From Eledone cirrhosa (taxonomy: Eukaryota): a stretch of 64,000 nucleotides of DNA. Location: NCBI GenBank assembly GCA_964016885.1, contig OZ024756.1, forward strand, positions 14,198,001 to 14,262,000, in the 5' to 3' direction. Under the pieces are notes generated by a model, which worked only from the letters and a program-made list of their open reading frames with translations, ran no database searches and was not told the origin of the DNA. This document shows positions 55,719 through 64,000 of this stretch, piece after piece (position 1 is the stretch's first letter; every line of letters begins with the position of its first letter). A program made the position numbers and the translations under genes.

Positions 55719-56524
55719 ATATAAATAATATATATATATCATATATATATATAATATATATATATATATAATATAATATAAATAATATATATATATATAT
55801 AATATATATATATATAATATAATATATTGTTATACTTGGGGAGGGTCATATTTGTGTAATATTGCCAGAATTAATAACAGAACACACATATTTGTTTCGA
55901 CACGCGATTTCATATAAAAAACCTCGCTAAACTAATATAATATATATATATATAATATAATATATATAATATATATATATATATAATATATATATATAAT
56001 ATAATATATATTATAATATAATATATATTATAATATATATCATATATATATATATAATATATATATATATAATATAATATATAATGTAATATATATCATA
56101 TATATATATATATAATATATATAATATAATATAATATATAATGTAATATATATCATATATATATATATATAATATATATAATATAATATAATATATAATG
56201 TAATATATATCATATATATATATATATAATATATATAATATAATATATATAATATATATATATATCATATATATATATATCATATATATATATATCATAT
56301 ATATAAATATCATATATATATATATATAATTTATATAATATATATATATCATATATATATATATAATATAATATATATATATATATAATATAATATATAT
56401 AAATATATATAATACAATATATATATCATATATATAATATATATATATATCATATATATATATAATATATATATATATAATATATATATAATATATATAT
56501 ATATAATATATATATATATATATA

Positions 56525-56556
<32 letters not shown>

Positions 56557-56578
56557 ATATAATATATATAATATATAT

Positions 56579-56614
<36 letters not shown>

Positions 56615-57334
56615 ATATAATATATATATATATAATATATATATATCATATACAATATAATATATATATATATATATATTTATATGTATATATTTATATG
56701 TATATATATATATTTATATGTATATATATATATATATTTATATGTATATATATATATATATTTATATGTATATATTTATATTATATATATTTATATGTAT
56801 ATATTTATATATATTTATATGTATATATTTATATATATTTATATGTATATATTTATATTATATATATTTATATATTTATATTATATATATTTATATATAT
56901 ATATAATATATATATATATATTATAAATATATATATATATATATTATATATATATATATATATTATATATATATATATAATATATATATTTATATATATA
57001 TAATATATATATTTATATATATATATTATATATATATATATATATTATAAATATATATATATATATATTATATATATATATATATTATATATATATATAT
57101 AATATATATATATATATAATATATATATATATATAATATATATATTTATATATATATATATATTATAAATATATATATATATATATTATATATATATATA
57201 TATTATATATATATAATATATATATTTATATATATATATTATATATATATATATTTATATATATATATTATATATATATAATATATATATATTTATATAT
57301 ATATATTATATATAATATATATATATATATATAT

Positions 57335-57378
<44 letters not shown>

Positions 57379-57654
57379 TATATATATAATATATATATAT
57401 ATTTATAATATATATATATATATATATATAATATATATATAATATATATATATATATATTTATAATATATATATATATATTATATATATATATAAATATA
57501 TATAATATAAATATATAAATATATATAATATAAATATATACATATAAATATATATAATAAAAATATATACATATAAATATATATATATATATACATATAA
57601 ATATATATATATATATACATATAAATATATATATATATACATATAAATATATAC

Positions 57655-57696
<42 letters not shown>

Positions 57697-57852
57697 ATAT
57701 ATATATATATACATATAAATATATACATATAAATATATATATATACATATAAATATATACATATTAACATATATATATATATATATATATACATATAAAT
57801 ATATACATATAAATATATACATATAAATATATACATATAAATATATACATAC
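54229..57852. repeat. Long compound AT-only microsatellite with embedded SINE fragments (54353-54431, 55337-55442) and short elements (55054-55310, 55828-55935)
   Basis: Direct reading. Confidence 0.95.
55225..55269 (-). ncRNA. Minimal hammerhead ribozyme motif
   Basis: AGTCA-CTGAAGA-G[GTCACA GGGTG TGTGAC]-GAAA-G GA CTA-TGACT; perfect stems I and II. Confidence 0.8.
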
Positions 57853-57956
57853 ATTGGTGACATCTGTACAGGTAACTGATGCGACATGCTAGATATCTCT
57901 AGTCACTAACTACACTGCAGCTGCCCTCCTATTACCTAGGGGAAGTTGTGGGGTGG

Positions 57957-58127
57957 ATGCAGTTGAGGGCTGGCGGGGCGGGGCTGGGCGAGGTGGTAGG
58001 TGAGATGAATGCAGTTGAGGGCTGGCGGGGCGGGGCTGGGCGAGGTGGTAGGTTAGATGAATGCAGTTGAGGGCTGGCGGGGCGGGGCTGGGCGAGGTGG
58101 TAGGTGAGATGAATGCAGTTGAGGGCT
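57957..58127 (+). repeat. 52-bp G-rich tandem repeat, 3.3 copies
   Basis: GCAGTTGAGGGCTGGCGGGGCGGGGCTGGGCGAGGTGGTAGGTKAGATGAAT. Confidence 0.9.
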
Positions 58128-58209
58128 GAATGGGAGTCATGGAGTGAGAGAGAGAGAGAGATCGGAAGTGATAGGGGAGTAAGGGCAACAGGTGGATGAG
58201 GGGGAAAAA

Positions 58210-59190
58210 TGGTAGTGATTTTGTTGATGGTGGTACTGGTTGTAGTGGTGGTAGTAGTGGTGGTAGTGGTTTCGTTGATGGTGGTACTGGTTGTAGTGGT
58301 GGTGGTGGTGGTTTTGTTGATGGTGGTACTGGTTATAGTGGTGGTGGTAGTGGTTTTGTTGATGGTGGTACTGGTTATAGTGGTGGTGGTAGTGGTTTTG
58401 TTGATGGTGGTACTGGTTATAGTGGTGGTGGTAGTGGTTTTGTTGATGGTGGTACTGGCTGTAGTGGTGGTGGTGGTGGTAGTGGTTTTGTTGATGGTGG
58501 TACTGGTTATAGTGGTGGTGGTAGTGGTTTTGTTGATGGTGGTACTGGCTGTAGTGGTGGTGGTGGTGGTAGTGGTTTCGTTGATGGTGGTAATGGTTGT
58601 AGTGGTGGTGGTAGTGGTTTTGTTGATGGTGGTACTGGTTATAGTGGTGGTGGTAGTGGTTTTGTTGATGGTGGTACTGGTTGTATTAATGACGGTGGTG
58701 GTGGTAGTGGTTGTATTAATGGTGGTGGTGGTGGTAGTGGTTATATTAATGGTGGTGGTGGTGGTACTGGTTGTATTAATGACGGTGGTGGTGGTAGTGG
58801 TTGTATTAATGGTGGTGGTGGTGGTAGTGGTTGTATTAATGGTGGTGGTGGTGGTAGTGGTTGTATTAATGGTGGTGGTGGTGGTTGTATTAATGATGGT
58901 GGTGGTGGTAGTGGTTGTATTAATGGTGGTGGTGGTAGTGGTTTTGTTGATGGTGGTACTGGTTGTATTAGTAGTGGTGGTGGTAGTGGTTGTGGTGGTG
59001 GTACTGGTTGTATTAATGATGGTGGTGGTGGTAGTGGTTTTGTTGATGGTGGTACTGGTTGTATTAGTGGTGGTGGTGGTAGTGGTTGTGGTGGTGGTGG
59101 TACTGGTTGTATTAATGGTGGTGGTGGTGGTGGTAGTGGTTGTGGTGGTGGTGGTAGTAATTTCAGTAGTATTAGTGGTAGTGGTGGTGT
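58210..59190. repeat. GGT-based minisatellite (~42-bp then ~30-bp units)
   Basis: Units GGTAGTGGTTTTGTTGATGGTGGTACTGGTTATAGTGGTGGT and GGTTGTATTAAT(GGT)n. Confidence 0.9.
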
Positions 59191-59527
59191 TTGCGCTTCA
59201 TATAGCTGCTGTAGCGTTGATGATACGAGTTGTTCTGGTGCTACCTACGGGTGGTATTGATATCATCGGTGGTGTGGTGTGTGGTGTGTGGTGGAGGTAG
59301 TAAAACTATCAGTATAGACAGCTGAGATATAAAGTTGTAGATAACTGTGCAGTAAATCTAGGCCAGTTATTAACATACTCTCCATTCTGTTGAGATCGTA
59401 TCACGCCATATCTGTATCACCGTATCAAATACAGGTCGGATCAGTTTTCAATTCTTTCATATCACAAATAGTCTTTTTGAATATTAATTTGGAGATCTCT
59501 GATCAGACGGTTCAAATCTCACAGAGG

Positions 59528-59567
<40 letters not shown>

Positions 59568-59568
<1 letters not shown>

Positions 59569-59779
59569 CGAAGGAAATGTGGTAAGGAACCAGGTGGACC
59601 ATAACGCACCAAAGTACTCAATACTTAGGGTAGTAGAGTGGGTAATAGGAACAAGTAAGACCCCGACGGCTGAGCTCAAGCCGTTTCGACGGCTAATTCT
59701 GTACTCAATCCCACTCGCAGTACAGAATTAGCCGTCGAAACGGCTCGAGCTCAGCCGTCGGGGTCTTACTTGTTCCTAT
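59568..59779 (-). mobile_element. Short fold-back element in (TA)n, ~61-bp arms, carrying a hammerhead 3' half
   Basis: Arms 59645-59705 and 59719-59779; GAAA-CGGCT..AGCC-GTC-GGGGTC. Confidence 0.8.
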
Positions 59780-60003
59780 ATATATATATATAGATGTGAG
59801 AAAATCCACAGACCCTCCATCTCAACTCTACTTTTGAAAAGAAGAAGAACTGCGAAACCGGTAAAGGAACCAAATAAATATATATATTTAAAAAAAAAAA
59901 TAAGACTCCAGTTGCATTTTCGATTTCATCTTTTTTTCTTTATACTTTCACTCGTGTAGGACACCGGTTATTTTTCATTTTGTAAAAAAACCCTCACTTT
60001 CTA

Positions 60004-60049
<46 letters not shown>

Positions 60050-60179
60050 GAGTGTGAGTGTGAGTGTGTATACGCACATATATACACACACATATATATA
60101 TATATCATACATGATATACATGCATATGTATTATACATATTTATATATATCATACATATATACATACATATATATATAC

Positions 60180-60231
<52 letters not shown>

Positions 60232-60287
60232 TGCCTATAGATATATCATACAAATATACATATATATATCATACATGTATACATATA

Positions 60288-61210
60288 TGACGGCTGCAGC
60301 CTCGTTATCGAGTATGGCCATTGCACGATATACCACTATTAATAATTATTAATTAATCTATCGTTCAATGCCTGTGCGTCTTTTAAAGTGAGGAAAGACT
60401 CTGCACTGAGCCAATCCCACTCTCTGAACGACAGTAGCTATAAACCGAAAAGAAGAAAAGATCAACATCATCGGTAACTATTGAGCCGCAGGTTTTATAT
60501 CGGAGTTATCCCAGTTTCCTGAGTTGCCTTCTCCTAGAAGAATGCCCTGACAAATGTTAGGAGTCCTTCACGCCCAGTGGTTTAACCACGCGATCGGGTA
60601 TCCAGCCCAACTATTTCTATGTCTCCGCGCATATATGCACACATGCATATACATATATACATGGTGGCTGCCAACTCGTTTTCGAGTATGGCCACTACTT
60701 TACATCCATGTAGGAGAACCCCTACCGATGCGCTGAACGAGTGTGACTTTTTAGTCCAGCCAGCGACTTGAAAACTCTGGTACAAACACTACACTTGTGA
60801 CAATTATTGACACATAGTGCTGGGCCCATGGTACCATGTGACGACAAGTGCAGAGAGATCTCCAGATATAAAGCAATGCCTGTGCCGTGAAGCTTTTATA
60901 GTGAGCAAAGGCACTGCACAAAGCCAGTCCCACTCTCTTAACCAAGATGATATTTACCAAAAAGAAGAACAAGTCAACATCATTGGATACTATCAGCGTT
61001 GCAGGTGTTATATCAGAGTTTTCCTTCTCCTAGAATTCTGCCTTGACAAAGGCTAAGGGGTCATCTCTCCCGGTGATTTTGGATGGCCATTGACTCTTAA
61101 GAGCTCCTTTGCCCTTTGACAGGTTTTGTTTTTAGTCCTGCAGGATGTCCATAGTCACCCTCCTCACCAAGAAACCTTGGTGGGGTTGCTAGTTTAATCG
61201 CCAACGACCC
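60288..61210 (-). mobile_element. Non-autonomous RTE-derived elements: diverged relative (~60288-60600) and a near-full copy (60661-61210)
   Basis: High similarity of the second copy to 35869-36475; shared CCTTCTCCTAGAA and TCGAGTATGGCCA blocks. Confidence 0.8.
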
Positions 61211-61507
61211 AACAGATATACATATATATATACATATATACATACATATGTACATGTGTAAAAATATTGAAATATTGAAATTGGTACTGCAAAAGAGTCT
61301 TGAACTCAAACGTCGTAATGTGAGTGTGAGAAGCAGTCAGCCGTTGAACCTGTACATCTGTAAATTACTGTGAATACGAGTTTATAAACAGACTAGAAAT
61401 AGCCAGAGATAGGGTGCGTATTGTATATCATCGTGAGGTAATTGTCTCCTATAAACAAATCTAATAATAACCAACAGATACAGTGGCTCATTTACATTAA
61501 CGTGTGA

Positions 61508-61565
<58 letters not shown>

Positions 61566-61644
61566 ATATGTCGGCATGTGTGAGTGAGTCTGTGTGTGTA
61601 TACACATAAGTTTATGTCAGTATATATATATATATAAGTGTATG

Positions 61645-61701
<57 letters not shown>

Positions 61702-62025
61702 GTAAGTATGTATGTATATATATATATATACACATTCAAACATGTGTGTGTGTGTGTGTGTGTACGTGTCTGTGTGTGTACTCGCGTATCTATACGTATC
61801 CGATATGGGGTTAGGGAGGCCAACTAGAAGAGAGATAGAGAGATATTTGATATATATTAGAAGAAGCTGATAAATAAGGTAAGCTGTAAACAGTTCTAAA
61901 TAAATCTTTCGCCTCATCTTTACAGTGTGGGTGATGTCCGGCCTAATGTAACTAATATGATTATCACAACTTAAGATAGAAATCAACAAAATTGGTCTTA
62001 CGTACGAACAGACGTCACGTTTATA

Positions 62026-62065
<40 letters not shown>

Positions 62066-62218
62066 TATAAACGTGACGTATATATATATATATAGAGAGA
62101 GCATTGTATTGATCTAAATTGCCCATTATATATATATATAAAGGTAAAGGTAACCATAGTGAGTACAGTGAATTTTTTGAAATTTATTTTGAAACTTTTT
62201 CTTATTTGCTAAACCTTG

Positions 62219-62276
<58 letters not shown>

Positions 62277-62343
62277 CAAGGTTTAGCAAATAAGAAAAAG
62301 TTTCAAAATAAATTTCAAAAAATTCACTGTACTCACTATGGTT

Positions 62344-62430
62344 ACCTTTACCGAATCGGTTTCGAGTCTCAAACATAAATGGACGGTCCTTGCGGCCTTC
62401 CATTGAAAAGATAAACTCTCGTCAGAAGGT
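62344..62430 (-). ncRNA. Canonical type-I hammerhead ribozyme motif
   Basis: ACCTT-CTGACGA-[GAGTTT...AGACTC]-GAAA-CCG ATT CGG-TA-AAGGT: 5-bp stem I, extended stem II, complete stem III, GUA triplet. Confidence 0.85.
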
Positions 62431-62779
62431 TCTTTTCACTTGGAGAATATAAAATTCCCGAGTTCAAATTACGAACTGGCGCTATTCAAAATTGTTCCCG
62501 AGATATATAAACAAATAACTAATATACGTATAATTAGTTGGCTTAAGTAGCATTGGAAAAATTTGTAGTCGTATTTCACACTATTATTTATTATTATTAC
62601 GGGGTCGATAAAATAAAGTACCAGTAATGCACTGGGTAATTGCTGGCCTTGTGCCAAAAGTAGAAACAATTATTTATTATTGTTACTAGCAGAAACACAC
62701 ATTTCAAACACACACACACATATATATATATACATACATATACATATATTCACTTTTCTTAGACATTCTAATGACATGC

Positions 62780-64000
62780 CCATAGTATCGGAGATGATCT
62801 CCAGCCCACGCATTCTATTGATTAATATTTACTTCAAAGACCCTTCGGAGGAACGGTGTTTTAGCCGCTTGTATTCGCGATCGTATTCTTTCGGAAATCA
62901 CCCAAGATTCATGGGTCAGGATTGGCACGAATACCGAATTGAAGATAGTGAGTTTGTCTGTTATGCCTACCCACTTCTTCTGATTACTAAATGCTGAAAC
63001 TGGCACATTTCTGCACCAGCTTCTGCAATTCTTGCACTTAATTCAGCTTACTGCCTTCCATCACTCGTGAACACGGACCCAAGATACTTCATCTTCTCTA
63101 CCTGCTTCAGTGGAACTCCATTCACATGTATTTCGCAGCACTGATTTTCATTCTTGCCTTGCAGCATTAGGCTTCAAGACTATCAAATGCAAGATCACTT
63201 TCTGTCCAGTTAAGTAACAAAATGTCTGCAAATTCCGGCCGATTGATTCTACACTTGCCAGTCGTGACACCACTTCCAACCCGATTGAGCATGGCAATCA
63301 TGTTCATGTAAATAATGAACAGGAGAGGTGACAGTACCCAACCTTGGCGGAGTCCGATTACCACATTGAATGGTTTCGATTTAGCACCATTTATCCGAAC
63401 ACAAATACTCGGGCATTCGTATAGAGATATCAAGGTAACAAGAAGCTGAATATGGATCACATAATTCTGCAGAATCCTCTATAACAGCTCATATGCCTTT
63501 TCATGTGGAACGCAGTCATATGCCTTTTCAAGGTCAATAAAGCAAGAATACACCTCTTGGCAATACTCCCACGATTTCTCAAAGACCTGTTGCTGTGCGA
63601 ATATTTAGTTGGCTGTGCTACGTCCAAAGCGAAAACCACACTGTTCATCGGCTAGCTTGGGCTTGACAATCCCCCTACATCTCTTTGCCAGACATTTAGC
63701 ATAGATTTTACCGGAGAGGCTTAACACGGATATTCCTCTTTACTTGGAACAATCTCTCGTCTCCCTTTGAATATAGGGATTATCACTTCTGATTATCATT
63801 GCTTAAGTACCTCTCCAGAGATCCAGGCCACCCGGCACACACGAGTCAGCTAGAGAATACCTTCTCTATTTAATATCTCAGGAGGGATTTCATTTTCCTC
63901 AGCAGCCTTGCCACATTTGAACTCTTTAATTGCTCTTGTGACCTCATCCCCCGAGAGATTAGTCATCGCTCCCAGATGCACCTCGTGTACATTAGAAGAA
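62780..64000 (-). mobile_element. Decayed RTE-clade LINE RT fragment, running off the window end
   Basis: RGISVLSLSGKIYA, EQCGFR, CFIDLEKAYD, GLRQGWVLSPLLF, FAD, KYLGSVFTSDG, with stops and frameshifts. Confidence 0.88.

Noticed and set aside
58196-59260. 354-aa Gly-rich structural-protein ORF
   Set aside because: No signal peptide, Gly codons almost all GGT, and a second frame also open. Not excluded without RNA data.

Overview
Eukaryotic, AT-rich, repeat-saturated DNA, intergenic or intronic in character. The SINE repertoire resembles what I recall from Octopus, which is an inference and not a search result. There is one 200-N assembly gap (23097-23296) and no intact host gene. Almost all ORF-track entries are translations of microsatellites. 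Recognisable coding remnants are all from retroelements: a frameshifted Neptune-type Penelope-like element (PLE; RT + GIY-YIG, ~10.9-13.7 kb), two more PLE endonuclease fragments, R4/Dong-like REL and RT pieces in (CATA)n, RTE, CR1 and L1/Tx1 fragments. Other repeats are many tRNA-derived SINEs, a tandem non-autonomous RTE-derived family, two small Helitrons, a piggyBac MITE and several minisatellites. The strongest unexplained signal is a dense set of short non-coding elements in (TA)n tracts. They carry minimal type-I hammerhead ribozyme motifs (about 11 with a complete or near-complete core, plus decayed and half copies) and are repeatedly arranged as long fold-back palindromes. A separate ~85-nt motif next to CTGATGA shows three compensatory base-pair changes between copies. 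A 40-copy minisatellite has arisen from the Pol III A-box inside a SINE. All structures were folded by eye and need computational and experimental confirmation.
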